Assembly: GCA_030704615.1 (NCBI GenBank)
Contig: CM060733.1
Location: 49,848,001-49,912,000 of the forward strand
Length of the DNA stretch: 64,000 nucleotides
Direction of reading: 5' to 3'
Origin: Takakia lepidozioides
Taxonomy: Eukaryota; Plantae; Bryophyta
In this document: positions 26,101 through 44,484 of the stretch, one piece after another
Position numbering within the stretch: position 1 is the stretch's first letter
Layout: every line of letters begins with the position of its first letter
Position numbers and translations under genes: made by a program
The notes under the pieces: model-generated
Databases searched by the model: none
What the model was told of the DNA's origin: nothing
The model's input: only the letters and a program-made list of their open reading frames with translations

Positions 26101-29100
26101 ACAAGGTCAGTAAGCATCTGAAGTCTCTATCTTGGATTTTATGATATCCCATTTGGCTGGGTGTTCTTTGACCCCCTTTGGGCCACCTACAGATGTGATT
26201 AACTCGTTTCTTTTTCCATTCATTCAACCTGAACAGCACATGAGACTTAGCAGGATTCCTACTCACATTGGAAGAACTTCAGGATAACAAACGTCGGCCC
26301 CACACTCATAATTTTCTTGATCGTCCGCACATGCAAATTTTGGTTGCAGAAGGCAAAAATCGTTAAGCCCTGAAAATCCAACAAAGATAACATTAGGAAG
26401 TGGTGCTGCCCCAACACCAGTGCACATGAATGGCAGATTGTCCCAAACCCATAATCAGGTCACGCACATTGGAAGTTCACCATATTTTCCAGGTCCGGAT
26501 ATCACAAATTTATGAAGGAAAGAAACATGTCTTAAAATTGCTTGAGCTCATCTCCAAATGCTTCATTCTATCTTGCAATGTACGTCAATGCTTAGGGGGA
26601 TTTGAGCATTGATTCATGCCAAGCAAACAAGAGGTGCCCTGGTTAGACTGCAGCCTTGAGCAGAATGTCAGGGAAAGGATGCCAGTAAACTTGGATCATA
26701 GCTTACCTGTAACATGCAAATTAAAAAAATCCAGAGACGGTGAAAGCTATGGTAGAGATGAAACCCAGTCCGATGCTCCACAAAATGGGCCTTGCCTGCT
26801 CTCCTCTCCCTCTTCCGACCAGGAGTTGCAGGGGGCCTATCCACCTGAGCAGAGTTCTGCAAACCAGATATGATTTTGACACATTATTCAAATGGTATAC
26901 TGTGATTAGGAAGCCCCATTGGAGCACTTCATATAATCCATCCCATCGAATGGTTCCAAGACAATGCAGTGTCAAGCCTTCATTGGTGGGTGCTGTATTT
27001 GTATCCTTAACGCCAGTTTAGTAGGTACTACTGCAAAAGCAAATTCAAACTGGGCGATGGAGTTGCGGTAACAAGCTGCTTGAAGAAAAATATAACCAAG
27101 AATCAACACAAAGCACTCAATAACAATCAGAAGACTGTAGGCACCTTTACAAGTTTTCCAGCCCTGGTGTTGATCCTCTTCTTAGGCTTTATGAAAAACC
27201 CTGCATCCCGACGCCATGGCCATGAAAGCTCAAAGCAAGCTGGTGCCCTGCACTCCAAACGAGTGATTGTCAAAGACAAAAAAGCTCAAAATATCACTGT
27301 TGATTGCCAATAGCTCAGATCTTGTGACAAGAAAACTCTACACCAGCTGGAAAAACAGTCCATAGAAAACGTACTACTTGCGGCCGAATGAAAATGTGTT
27401 CACTTCAAACCGACGATAATTCAGAGTTCTGCTCTTCTGTTGGGATTTACGGATGGTCTAGGCAATAATGTACAAGTCAAATTTCATTCTCAGGGTACCT
27501 TGGAATAGAGATACGAATAACAATTAAGGCAAAGGTGAACTGTGAATCAAACACCTCATCCTCCCATCATACTGTAAAGTCTATTTATCTATACGTTTAG
27601 GACAAATGGCTCAGGGGATTCCACTGCACTCACTTGTCATTCACGGGCTTTCCTCATAGTTCAATCATTTCCACAAAATACATCTACTGACTGCCTAAGT
27701 TGAATGGCATTCCCAGACTCGATCACAGAAAATATCCCTTATTCGCATAAAAATAATCTGACGACTAAGGCTGCCTTCAGTACAAGATACTAAGCCCTTC
27801 CACACAGTTTGTTATCACCAAGTCAGTACACAATCAGCCAACAGTAGCATCCAAACACAACATCAACCAGAATTACATGCTGTAGACTGGCACGAACCAG
27901 AAAAATTCATTAAAATCGTCATAGTTCCGCCATGCTGAATGTGGGGCTATACCATTTCCAGTACTCTTAGCCTCCTGCAACCCATCACAAAAGTCAGAAC
28001 ATCCAAGGTGAACCTTATTGTGAACAATTCAGCAACGTGCATCATGTCAGCAATGACACTGCAGTGACACATCAAAAGAAATCTGGCTGATCATTTCACC
28101 TCCTAAAAATGCACACCATACATGGAGGAAAAAGAGCAGAGGAAACACCATGAGCTTTTGTTCTGTCATAGCCTATTGCTCAGTAAATGCCTGAGGGATA
28201 GTAAAGGGTGCCTCTCACCCTACGAAATTGAATATCGACTTGTGGACTACATTGAAATTTAACTCTACCAGATTAGAGGGGGGAGAAATCATTTACTTGA
28301 AGGCCATTATTTTGCTCAGAGAACTGGAAGAATGGACAACTCCATTGAATCATTTAACATGTTGCAGATCAAGACTAGAGGGAAGCACAACGATCATGTT
28401 ATCATGCATGACAAAGTTGTGGGTAGCCTGACCGTGGCCACAATATCATATACGGGAGTAATAATCTGCTCCAGAAATGAGCATTCAGATACTTCAACAA
28501 ACGTCCTTGACCTTTCAACTCGAGGCTTCTCCAATAAGTCAAATAGTTCATCCGCCATCTGCCCGATAAAGCAAAACAAAGCCCAACATTACAGATGGAG
28601 TTATCCTATGCAAACTTCTCTGCTAAAGGGAATGTAGACCTGCGGCAAGAGTAGAGGTGCAAAATACTGACAAGTTACAGACTCTGAAACCAATGCCAGT
28701 ATGTCATAAAAGCTACAGTACAGTACAATCTCAGACAAAGGTCTCACTCTCATGAAGCAGAAAAAGTATTGTTTGTTTTGTAGCGTTGAAATGACCAAAA
28801 CAAAAAACCAATAAATAGAGCTCACAAGACTAGTGGGGCATGTCCTACATCAAGAAACATCCTATCAACACCTTAATCTGGACTCTCTTCTCTCAGCTTG
28901 TAAGATTTTCAGTTGCAACAAGGGAATTCCTGTTGAAATTCCCCTGATATACCCTCCAAATGACTGCAGACAAGCCAATGACCTTGGTGCTCTGTTCCCA
29001 CGGGAATGTTGACAGACAGGCTCCATAGCAGCAAAAAACAGGGACTCACATGATGAAAGATGTAACATAGGCATTCCGGCATAAAGCGAATGTTTGCAGC

Positions 29101-32100
29101 TTCCCCCCAAATTAACAGATACAGAGAAGTTAGACAGAGCCTTCTCTGCTGTGTAAATGCACTGCATCACCCACCCAACAATAGTATAAACAAGTCGGAT
29201 TGTATGTGGGGTGCCCAGAATACTCCTTCGAGCGAACATTTTAACCAAATGGGCCTGGAGACTTGAAACTAAACCTATCCTTTCATTCCACATTATGCAC
29301 TACTTCACGACAATACATGCATTTGTCGCAACCCCAAAAGGCACACCCCGAAAGGCTCCTAATGGAGCCCATCCCCGACAGGGGGCAGTAGTAGCCGCAA
29401 GGTGAAGTGGCTCTTAGTTACGCCGGCTCCGGCCAGAGTCCTCTCTCTCTCCCTGTAGCTCTCTGTCCTACTTCATTTGAACTCGTGTAAATACTGTTTA
29501 CTACCAAAACACATGTACTCAGGACAACATCGAATACGACCCTTGGTTTTCCTTCAGCAGAAGAGAAAACATAGTCATCTTACTCGACAATGACACGCAG
29601 CACTCTGCATTTGAGAATTTCATCCCATAACTAGAGCCACCAGAGAGTCCAGTAGCTTTCAGCAACCACCCTCATCCAGGTTACTACTGTACTCAGATAC
29701 CAACTCTTTGTCTATAAAATTGGTACACCCACTCTTCTGGATGTATAGTTCTGTGTTCAGAGCTAGGATCAAGACCATACTAGGTGATTTCAAGAGACAT
29801 GTTGGTTCGTACATTCAGTGACCCCAGAACTGCAGCCACCACTGACACCTTTCCAGAAATACCCTCATCAAGTTAACTGCTGGAAGTAACAGGTCATTAA
29901 GCCTCCGCAATTGGAACACCCACTCTTGAGGCTGTATGGTTCTATACACAAAGCTAGGACCAAGAATTGTGAGTTTAAACTTTATACACCTTCAGCATCA
30001 CTTACCCTCTTTGTATCAGAAAAGTGGAAAAACCATCAGTCAACTACCTACAAAAGCTATAACATGCATCGCGCACATCCACCAAGAACAGCAACAAGTA
30101 CTCAAACAATATGTTGTCCCTTACTGGCATACAACCAGCTACAGCACCGAACTGTAGCTGGTTGTATGCTCATGAGTTTAAAGACCGTACCGCTTGCACA
30201 TTGATTCTCTTCTCAGAAAGTGGCACCATCTGTTATAATTCTCAAGGACTCGGCCGTAGACGTTATTGATGGCCGCATCATCCAGCTGTTAAAAAACCCA
30301 CTTCTCAGGTCAATCTCCTGAACAGAGGAAATTCTTTCACAAAAACTCTCCTAAGAACAACAAATGCACCCTTTAAATGTAACCTGTAGCTGAACTGTGG
30401 TGTCTCACATCTTGAATGCAAGAAATTGTGTAACCCAATCGCTTGATGGCACTCTACCATTTTTTGCTGCTGCCAAGGACAATCTTCGACCAACCATGAT
30501 GCAAGTGCTAGGACCTCTAAGGAATATTGCCATGCACTGCTAGATCTTCGGGTTACACAATTTCTTGCATTCAAACTGTGAGACACCACAGTTCAGCTAC
30601 AAGTTACAACCAACCGACCATGATGCAAGTTCTAGGACCTCTAAAGAATATTGCCATGCATTGCTAGATCTTTGTTTGAAAGTACCTTGCTATCCTCTGT
30701 ATCAGAAACCACGCCCAGGCGAGACTGTGCATTGGCAAGCAGTAGAACGAGATGCTCCCTCTGGTTTGCCACATTGTCTTTCTACACTCACAATGGTATT
30801 AACCAGTTAACCAAACAGTTCACCTTCCTGGCTGCTAGATGATGCCAAATGCCCTCTCTCGTGTATGATATGAACTTGCAAAATCCAGGACCCCCCACAT
30901 GTAAAAAAAACCTGTTTGTACACCCAAATAAGTCAAAGTATGCAGTCCACATTGTATCATGAAATACTTTCCAACTATACACATTGCTTCATCAAATTCC
31001 TGACAGAAGCAGATAAGAGACTGAGCATTCCAATCTTCATTTCCACAAATGCCTCATTGGAACTTGCTTCACAGATAGAAACACATTACCCAACCACTTA
31101 AGAACAACAGCATTATGCTGTACGGCTACCTTGACAGCACTGCATACCTGAAATCCAAATGTGTAGTGCAAGAAATCAAAGAGATTCAAGGGCCTGTCTT
31201 CAGGAAATTCATAGTCATCTGGAAACCTTGGCATATCTGTTGTATACATGAAGGCTCTGGTAGCACCTGTCACCTAATTAGAATGACCACAAAGTCGATC
31301 AGTGCTCAACATTTCATTCATTCCGCCATTGCTTCCCTCTACTAGTGCCTCTTCGGACATAGCCAATCCCTGGAACACACTTTGAGGACCAGAGATGACT
31401 GGGGGCAGATCAGCATGACGCTCTTAAACTTAGATTTGGGCTTCTTTTTGGGCCCCACTTTTTTACTTGCTTTTCATTTGTTCATAAGCTCTTTGAGTTT
31501 TTCACAGATGTTAAAGTAACAATTGATTTTTTCTTGTTCCTCCTCTCTTCTTTCATAGAAAAGACCATACATCAACCTCTACTAGAAACCTTACCGCAAA
31601 ACATCTCGCAAGGTTGGGAAAACCAATACAAGAGAGAAGCGGGAGATGCCAAGCAGTAGAGAAGCCACAAAAGCAAGACAAGAGGTTGCAGGCCCAAAAC
31701 AAAAATAGTGGCTTCCGGAAATGAGCATTCCAAACATGTCAAAAGCTTTCAAAATTTGGAACATGGGTGAAAGACCCCGGTAAAGCCTTTTTCTTAAAGC
31801 CTCTTCATGCACCCCAGTAGAGAGCGAGACAAGCTTCTGCTGGACAGTGTGGGTTGCATGTTTGTGTCCTACAAGCACTTCATGCTCCTGTGGACTCCAT
31901 ATATTTGCTATTATCTTTAATTCGTTTGTCTGCTCTCTTCCACATGTCAGCCTTCCAAAAATTGAATTGAGTTCAGTCCTGACTACATCTCTATCACAAG
32001 TGTCCTTGCATATCCTAGTGCATACATGTTCATGGAGACAAAGCATTTGGACTGTTCTACCAGTTCAAATGTAAGCACTGCACATGCCTAATCATACAAG

Positions 32101-35100
32101 CTGGGGATGTCAGGTTTTGAAGATATCTTTGAACTGCATGGCTGTCCTCTCCCTCCAAAAGAGATCAAGGGGAACTTCCTACCTCAGGAAAAAGACTGAA
32201 GGCATTGGCAACACCAGCAGACTCCAAGGGTAAAATGTTGTAGGCCTTGAATTCCTTAACCTTCTTTGCATCTTCCTCCATCATCTTCTTCAACTGCAAG
32301 AAGCCACAAGTGAAAGAATTGACCATCCAATTTCCAAGGTGCACAAGATGTCAATAGTACCTTCTCAGACATTTCGGACCATATTATCAAGGGAGTGCAG
32401 CCCCTTGGACAATACTCTCTACAAGGAACCTGTACACCTCAACAATGTGCCAGTCCACACTACCGATGCAGTCAATGAACCCTTGCCATCTAAATGATAC
32501 AGGTGACATGCCTGCTACAAACAGATGACCTGGCCAGACCAAATGCCAAAAAAGGACATTTCCTACATTGTGCTGAAAGAAAGACCAACTCGACTATATC
32601 ATGCAGTATCCTTATACCCCTTTTTCTATTTGTCTGTTGAATTCAAAACCATTCAGAGAACACCATGAAACATGGCACACAGACGTCAGTCCATCATGAA
32701 GTCTCAAAAGTAAAAACTCCCTCTCCCTTCAAGTTGTTGATACTGTTACCATGGAAAAAAATTAAATCCCCTGACAAAGCTGAGTTTGCCAATGTGTACA
32801 ATACAAGTGTACTTCTAGCATGATCGGGGTACACATAAAACTCCCCTCCTACAGATCTGTAGCACTCTGAGCCAATGATGACTGTTTGAGGGACTTACAT
32901 CACTGGACACAAGTCTGTCAGCTTCCTCAGGATCAGCCTCCCTTGAGAGCGCATCAACAACGTCATTCAAAATTCTCGATGTCTGATACACTCTCCTCAT
33001 CTTTTCCGTTCTCTCTTCCAGTCTGCACATACCAACCCCTCTCATAAGGCACATTCTGAAACCTGAGTAAGAAGCCAGTCAATAACTTAAGTCCACAACA
33101 AGATCTGCAGTACAGCCGAGTGGACTAAGGACCATTGAAAGCAGCTGAGGAAATTCAGTCAGGATACGAAACAGGACTCTACTTGGTTGGTCATTGTCTA
33201 CAGAGTATTAAGCAGGGGAGACATACACGCCAGGTGCCTCATCAAAGGCATGCCCCTGCCGCCGCTGCCTATCTTCCTCCTCAAGTTCATCTATTCTGTG
33301 CTTCTCCCTGTGATATCTATAGTAATCCTGCACAATACGGATGTCTTGGCTTCGATCGATCTTCTCTCCTTCTTTCTTCAATTGCTTTTGCTGCATCACC
33401 CAAACCCCTTGATTGAACACACCTTTCTAGTGCTCAAACCACTTCCATTTGTTTCAATTACAAATTTTTACACACCTGCATTTTAGAAGTTAGAATACCT
33501 TGATGACGGACAGTAAGCCAGTCTTGAATTGCAAGACCCCCCTCCCCTCGCTCATGGGGTCCAAATGTTGCGCCAACCCAAATGCATGCTCACACACTGT
33601 TCCAATCCAGTTCCATGTGTGATGGTCAGTCCCCTCTATCTACTTTGACTTGGTCACACCAGCTATGTAGTTATAGAAGGGAGAAACATAGAAGACACCC
33701 TCTGGCATATTACAACTACAATGAAAAAAGAACAAAACAGGTCGAAACCCAAGATGCGGCTTGGAGACAATTACTCATGTAGGTAAGCTGCAAGGAACCT
33801 TTGGGAGAAGGACTCCAGCCAAGACAAGGAATCAGTAGACAGACAGTGTCATCCCGACCTTGGCAAAATAAATTGTTGTGACACCAAGGGGGAGGTGCTG
33901 CAGTGGACAAATTGTCACATCCACGAGTTGTTTTATTCCATCTGTGATTCTCAATTTGAAGGGTGTGAGCTCAAATTTGGACATTGCCAGAGGAAAAAAG
34001 ATAGTAGCTCTTAAGAGCATTCTGTGCAAGAATTCCCTGATCAGGACCCTGATCTAAGTTTCAGTAGTTCAAAAATGAAAAGCAGAAGCATTGGAGCCAT
34101 TTGATTTTGGGTTGAAGTTCAAAAATTTGTGCCTGAACCAACAACCATAACCACTGGAGGTCAACCTGAGACATCAAACAGCACTTTCTTACAAGTATAT
34201 ATGATGTTTGTAACCATAGCTAGAGTGTCCCACCATGAGACTTTGACCTACTTTCTTTCAATGCAGTATAAAGGCCGCCATCTACCTGTTTGGAAGTGCT
34301 GTTTTACACTGACCTTGAAGATAAGAAACCAGCTTTGAAATCATATCCAGCAGCATCAAAGAGGACTATTTTCATGAAAAGTCACATTGGACTCATCTAG
34401 CATCCTCCATGGATGCGCAGCCTTGAGATCCAGACAAAAGACTTCTGGCTAAAGTCACTAAATGAGCCTTGCAGGGTATTACAGTACCCTCCTAGTCACC
34501 CAGAGTCTGGCATCATATCCAACAATTAGTGCCAACAAGACTTCAAAGCCAGAGGCCATGAGCCAGTCGAGGCAGTTGATGGAGGGACACCCAAGTGGCC
34601 AAGATGACAATGCTGGACAACCGATGTTCCCCAACATCACAGTTCAGAGCAATCAGGTCCACCTTCCATGGATAGCATTTCTGCCTTCTGTTCTCCTCTC
34701 CCTATCTCTTCATAAGAAAAGCAAAAATCCATGTGCCATATATGTGGATGCAAGAGTAAAGATAGTGTGTAGTGCTATGGTACACTGTAACAAGGAGCCT
34801 AAATAGTCCTTGCTCGGAGAGCATAACCTCACTGCCGAATTCTTAGTGGGGATAGCATACCCTTATCAATTAATACTAATTGATAATAAGATAAAAACCA
34901 TTCATACCAAAGTATGGAAAAACTGAACCAGTTTCAATTTAATGCCAAGTAGTTCTCTACAGTGGGCTTCCAACAAATAGTAGTTTGCCTCCTCTCTCCC
35001 CTCACCCCCAGCTTTCTTGCTCCCTCATAATCGAGCACCAAACTACAGGCAAACTAAGCCTCCAAGTGCATCTTTCTGCCACATCCCTTTTTAATTACAA

Positions 35101-36316
35101 AGAGACTGGGATTTGACTTGTGGAGCCGACATGCATTTGGCACTCCCCTGTAAGTCTAAATGTGCCCACAGGCACACATTGTAGGTGATCCATACATAGA
35201 ACAACCCTCAAGTAGCAATCACAGTACAATTGGTTTGGCCGCACTTCTATAGAGTCCATGGAAACAGCTTAGCCACTTTGAGGTTCCCTGCTTTCCACAA
35301 GAAGGTATAGATAGGGTAAAGCATAATTGCTTCAAGATATTGATCCAGAATACACTGCGAGTACACAAAAACCATTTTTTTTAACAATGTTTCAAGAATT
35401 AAGTTGCCTTGAAAGAACAAGAGACACCCACCCTGTTCCGGAAAACAGAGCTACAGTCTACCAAAACTCAGTGAGCTCCTTACAAGAAAGGCTCGGGATC
35501 ATCTAGGCAAATCTGAAATACTAAAGCATAGGACTACTGTGTAAGCAGGCACCTTCACAAAAGTACATGCCGAGTAATGCATAAGCAGATGGGGTTCATG
35601 GCTGGTGATTTATTTTTCTGATATATGGGGCCAAGAGCTTCTTACAGTTTGTCTTTAATCTCATGTCCAAAACTAATGAACTGGATCACAGCACAGCAGG
35701 AAATCAATCACAAATGCCAGTCAAAGAGAAGGGGATGGCTGTCGTGAACTGATGGATGTACATAATGATCTATCAACTCACTGCACGGGTGAAGCCTCAT
35801 GTGGTGAATTGCACTTAAACGTCCGCATAACTATGGTGTAGAATTAACCTTTTGGGCAATTGAGAGCTTTAGGTTGAGGTTGGTAGGACCATGGAGCTAG
35901 AGGCCAGCATTTACACACTACGCATCACTTCTTCGTGACCGAATATGTAACATTATGAAACCCACGCTGGATTCACGGCGCTGAAATACTGACAAGACAG
36001 TGTATAGATCAGAGACAGCGGTGGTAGAGGACATACAGATGCGGGCAACTTGCGGATTTTCGGACTGTATCTCATCAGCAGTCTGAAGAATGGCATCAAT
36101 GTTGGTCTGCTGCGACAGCGATTGAGGAACCACATAGGATGATCCTGTTCCTGTATAATCCTGTGCCTTCCTGTAATCCGGCCGGGAAGAGCTAGCCTTT
36201 CCATTCTCCACTTGCAACGCCCCGTACACCAGCTTCTCCCACTTGGCCAGAACACGTTTTGATATCCTGTTGGGAGCCTTGGGAGGCGTTTCCATCCCGC
36301 CTACCTTGGTGCCCAT
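5141..36316 (-). CDS. GSL8/GSL10: Callose synthase (1,3-beta-glucan synthase, GT48), GSL8/GSL10 (CalS10/CalS9) type, 51 coding exons
   Basis: GT-AG exons traced by hand: 36316-36037, 33596-33499, 33390-33227, 33022-32899, 32293-32183, 31273-31148, 30781-30686, 30285-30191, 29161-29050, 28558-28433, 27974-27898, 27247-27145, 26856-26707, 26369-26267, 25790-25667, 24669-24480, 24131-24079, 23023-22963, 22452-22371, 21676-21627, 21475-21389, 21122-21031, 20848-20821, 20552-20461, 20190-20088, 19548-19385, 19132-19012, 18803-18706, 18241-18154, 18000-17840, 17638-17529, 17163-17029, 16914-16846, 16211-16040, 15770-15656, 15230-15111, 14562-14446, 14130-14047, 12965-12853, 12656-12604, 12446-12270, 12062-12015, 11721-11563, 9766-9653, 9415-9327, 8011-7853, 7725-7623, 7168-7049, 6193-6143, 5849-5667, 5377-5141. 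Hallmark motifs: LGEGKPENQNHAIIFTRG, RMHYGHPDVFDR, VGKGRDVGLNQI, IWGEAANIRFMPECLCYIFHH, FQTRLVFNQAFSRGLEIS. No in-frame stops seen. Confidence 0.96.
6310..6381 (-). tRNA. tRNA-like cloverleaf in the 3' LTR of the TRIM
   Basis: Same 72-nt sequence as 6531-6602 except the B box reads GGTTCAATCC. Confidence 0.72.
6531..6602 (-). tRNA. tRNA-like cloverleaf (pseudo-tRNA / Pol III promoter) in the 5' LTR of the TRIM
   Basis: GGACGGG TA GCTC AATGGTA GAGC A CCCCA CCGGAAT GGGGG AGGTC CTAGG TTCGATC CCTAG CCCGACC A. Acceptor stem 6/7, D stem 4/4, T stem 5/5; A box TAGCTCAATGG, B box GGTTCGATCC. C at position 33 instead of U suggests it is not a decoding tRNA. Confidence 0.75.
8440..8710 (-). repeat. 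Degenerate 3' ends of an RTEX-like LINE with (ATTTC)n tails
   Basis: GAAAT arrays followed by GGTACTTTGTAACATCCGTG, matching the tail junction of the copies at 10316, 11192 and 59960. Confidence 0.6.
8755..9003 (+). repeat. Dispersed repeat fragment (second copy inverted at about 40070-40340), ending in a foldback hairpin
   Basis: Shares GAGGGGCTCA, CTGTGTGTGAGCTGCCCAGCAAT and CCTCAAGATTTTG.AAGTTGGTGAACAGAGGTGCAGGGAC.ATGTTCTTGAT with the reverse complement of 40070-40340. Confidence 0.7.
10316..11480 (-). mobile_element. Tandem stack of 5'-truncated RTEX-like LINE fragments
   Basis: 3' UTR plus tail units at about 10316-10533, 11192-11352 and 11361-11480. A decayed ORF2 piece at 10534-11190 encodes TKNWLFDMAVTCAATYGCDLW (post-RT LFD..V....YGCE.W motif) and is similar to 60340-60720. 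Confidence 0.75.
13030..13255 (+). mobile_element. RTEX-like LINE 3' UTR fragments with ATTTC tails
   Basis: TTTTGTCCCATAAGCTCTTTGAGCTT...GACGTTATAAAGTACCATTTCATTTC, with further partial tail units to 13255. Confidence 0.7.
14870..15025 (+). mobile_element. RTEX-like LINE 3' UTR fragment
   Basis: Same 3' UTR, stem-loop and ATTTC tail as the other copies. Confidence 0.7.
25081..25580 (-). mobile_element. 5'-truncated RTEX-like LINE (ORF2 C-terminus plus 3' UTR)
   Basis: Minus strand encodes [42 protein letters not shown], collinear with 60068-60454, followed by the shared 3' UTR. Confidence 0.8.
30378..30672. repeat. 59-bp inverted repeat combined with a 60-bp direct duplication, intronic
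   Basis: Arms 30378-30436 and 30550-30608 are reverse complements with 3 mismatches; 30489-30548 is repeated at about 30613-30672. Confidence 0.85.
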
Positions 36317-38669
36317 CCGTTAGCCTTCTTATGCACCTGGCACATCTGTCTTGATGATTCACTTCGAACAGCCAGAAACGATGCTAGTCTGCAGAGAACC
36401 AGAGCTCGCAAAATAAGAAATTCAAGAATCCAACGGAGACGCAGCTCAGAATAAGGCAAAACCGAATTCTCGCAGCTCCTCCGCAAGCATTCAGCGAAAC
36501 CTCGAGCAACACACCCCGCCACGGCAGCAGCTGGACCAGCCGAAAACACTACAATGCCAGATCAAGCGAGGTCGCAAGGCGAGTCCAAGGAAGGGAGATG
36601 AAACATGAAACCCGATGATGATGCAAACTGTCCTCCACGTTCCTGAATAAGCTCCCTCTCTCCTCTCTCCGAAGATCCACCACAGAGAAGTACCGACCGA
36701 CCTTCACAATCTACTTACTCCTAATCCACGCGTTACGCAACCTCTCAGGTTTGCTGTCTACGTCTACGATTTGTTGCATACTCTACCCGACGGCCTCACA
36801 TCCGCTACAAAGTAAAAGCCCCGGAAAGTACCAGGTGCTCACGAACTCGACGGTGGTAAGACCAGTGGACTCGATCACAGCAAAGAAACGGCAAACAAAC
36901 AGTAACAGTAACAGTGTCCGATCCCCGCACATGAAACCGGAAGATGCAATCCCTTTGCCTGCCCTGTGGACCGGGCCCACCCTTGCCTCGCTCAGCCTGC
37001 CACTTGCTTCTTCTTCACTTCCAACCCCTCTGGGAAACAAAACCCAAGGTCTTACCTGCTAAGTTGTTATAACTTGCTGTTGCCTCCTGCTATAAAAGGA
37101 GGTTGGCAATGATTATGAGAACCCGCAAATCAGAATCTCAGCAGCCAAGATTTGAGCCCAAGGTCAGCTGGTGGGTCCAGCTGTGGGGTTGAGCAGCTCA
37201 AAGGTAGCAAAGTGTGGGGAAGGAGGCGGGAGGGAGGGTGCAGGTTTTTGAAATGCCCGCCTCATCCGGACCTCGCTTTGCTTGCAAGTTGTTGGGAGGC
37301 GTACGGAGAAACAGTGGGATGTGTGTGAGCAGGCTACTTGTGTAAGTACTGGACCACCAGCCCAGCTGTCAAACCCCCCTCTCCTCCACTCCCACTCCGA
37401 CGGGGATCTGCTGGTCAGGCTACGGTCGCCAGTAGCATCATCCTGTCAGTACTGAAGATCCGAAAATGCCGAAGTGGACATATAGATGGCCCAGACACAA
37501 GTCAGTGCCGACTGTGCTCAAACTTTCAAGTGTGAATCCAGTCAGATCGAACATTGGAGTGAGTGCAGAATTCAAAACTTCATACCGTATCTCCATCTCT
37601 GCTATTTTCTGAGCTGTACAGTAGGTGCCTGGAGAGTTCTGCAGCTGCGTGGATGAATTGTGAGGTGTGACACAACATTCCCAGGCTTTCATGGGGTGGC
37701 TAGCATGTATGCGAGATCGAGGATAATATTATATAGAACTTGGTCACGTTGCACGCCTGCACGCCGGCAACCAGGTGGGCTCCATGCTTGTTCAACCTTC
37801 ACTCCACACTTCATCAACATCACCTTCATCATCACGGCTTCTACAAAAGATATAAATCTCGTTATACTTATGAATGGGTTTCACAATTCTCCATTCATTA
37901 GGTGTCCGAAGGAGAACAAAATATGGTCTTGCTGCTTCTTTATTGTTGCTGATCGCTCTCACAAATGCTCACACAATATGGTCTTGCTGCTTCTTTATTG
38001 CTGATTGCTCTCACAAATGCTCACGGGGATCTATCTAGCACTCTCACAAATTTTGTGGCCAAAGAAAGGTGCTAATTGCATCAGCACATTGTCGCCTAAA
38101 AGGCATGGACCCAAACTCATGGAGAGGATTGTCTACAGGGTTGCAGGAGGGAATCCTGGCTAGACTCCATGCACCTACATGCGAGAGTCGAATCCCACTC
38201 TTGCCAATGGCCTTCTGTAGTATCCAGCCACGCAAGTTCCTACCTCGCCAATGGCCTTCTGTACTATCCAGCTGCACAAGGTCCTACCTCGCCTCACCCA
38301 AGTTATGATCTATTAGTATTCAAAATGCAATGAGGCACCCATCAAACTTCCTCCCTAACCGTGCACTTGAAAAAAGGGGGCAGTAGCCATAAGGTGAAGT
38401 GGCTCTTAATTATGCTGGCTACAGCCAGAGTCTTCTCTCTCTCTTGCTCTCTCTCTCTCCCACTTGGGTCTCTGTCCCTTTTGATGAGTACTGTAGCCTG
38501 GCTCCGAGCTTTTTGTTCACCCTCCATGTAGACCCATTGTTGCTTTGCACATATGGTCAGCCAGGCTAGTCACAATCCATGATACATAAGCCAAGTTGTT
38601 GAAGAGAAAAGCATGCGTTATTTAAACTTGGTTATCTGCCGGAATCAACCCCAGTAACTCGTGGACAGC

Positions 38670-44256
<5,587 letters not shown>

Positions 44257-44484
44257 GGCCGCATCTCTCCCTCTCTCTTTCTTCTCCCTTCCTATTCAGG
44301 GCTTTCCGAAGGAAGATGTGAGCTCTCTCCTCTTGTCTGTCTGGGGGTGCGAGCACAGAAGTGCTCAAGTCAGATTGAACGGAAAGAAACAACGGAAACA
44401 CTCAAGTTTTCGTCAACGTTTCGTGACGTTTATACGTTTATACGATGGTGTCGGTTTCCTCAGTGCTCGGCCAGCTTGGCCAGC

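Noticed and set aside
37921-38292. Short tandem duplications (about 55 bp x2 and 45 bp x2) as a CRISPR-like array
   Set aside because: These are two-copy local duplications without spacers, in a eukaryotic genome.
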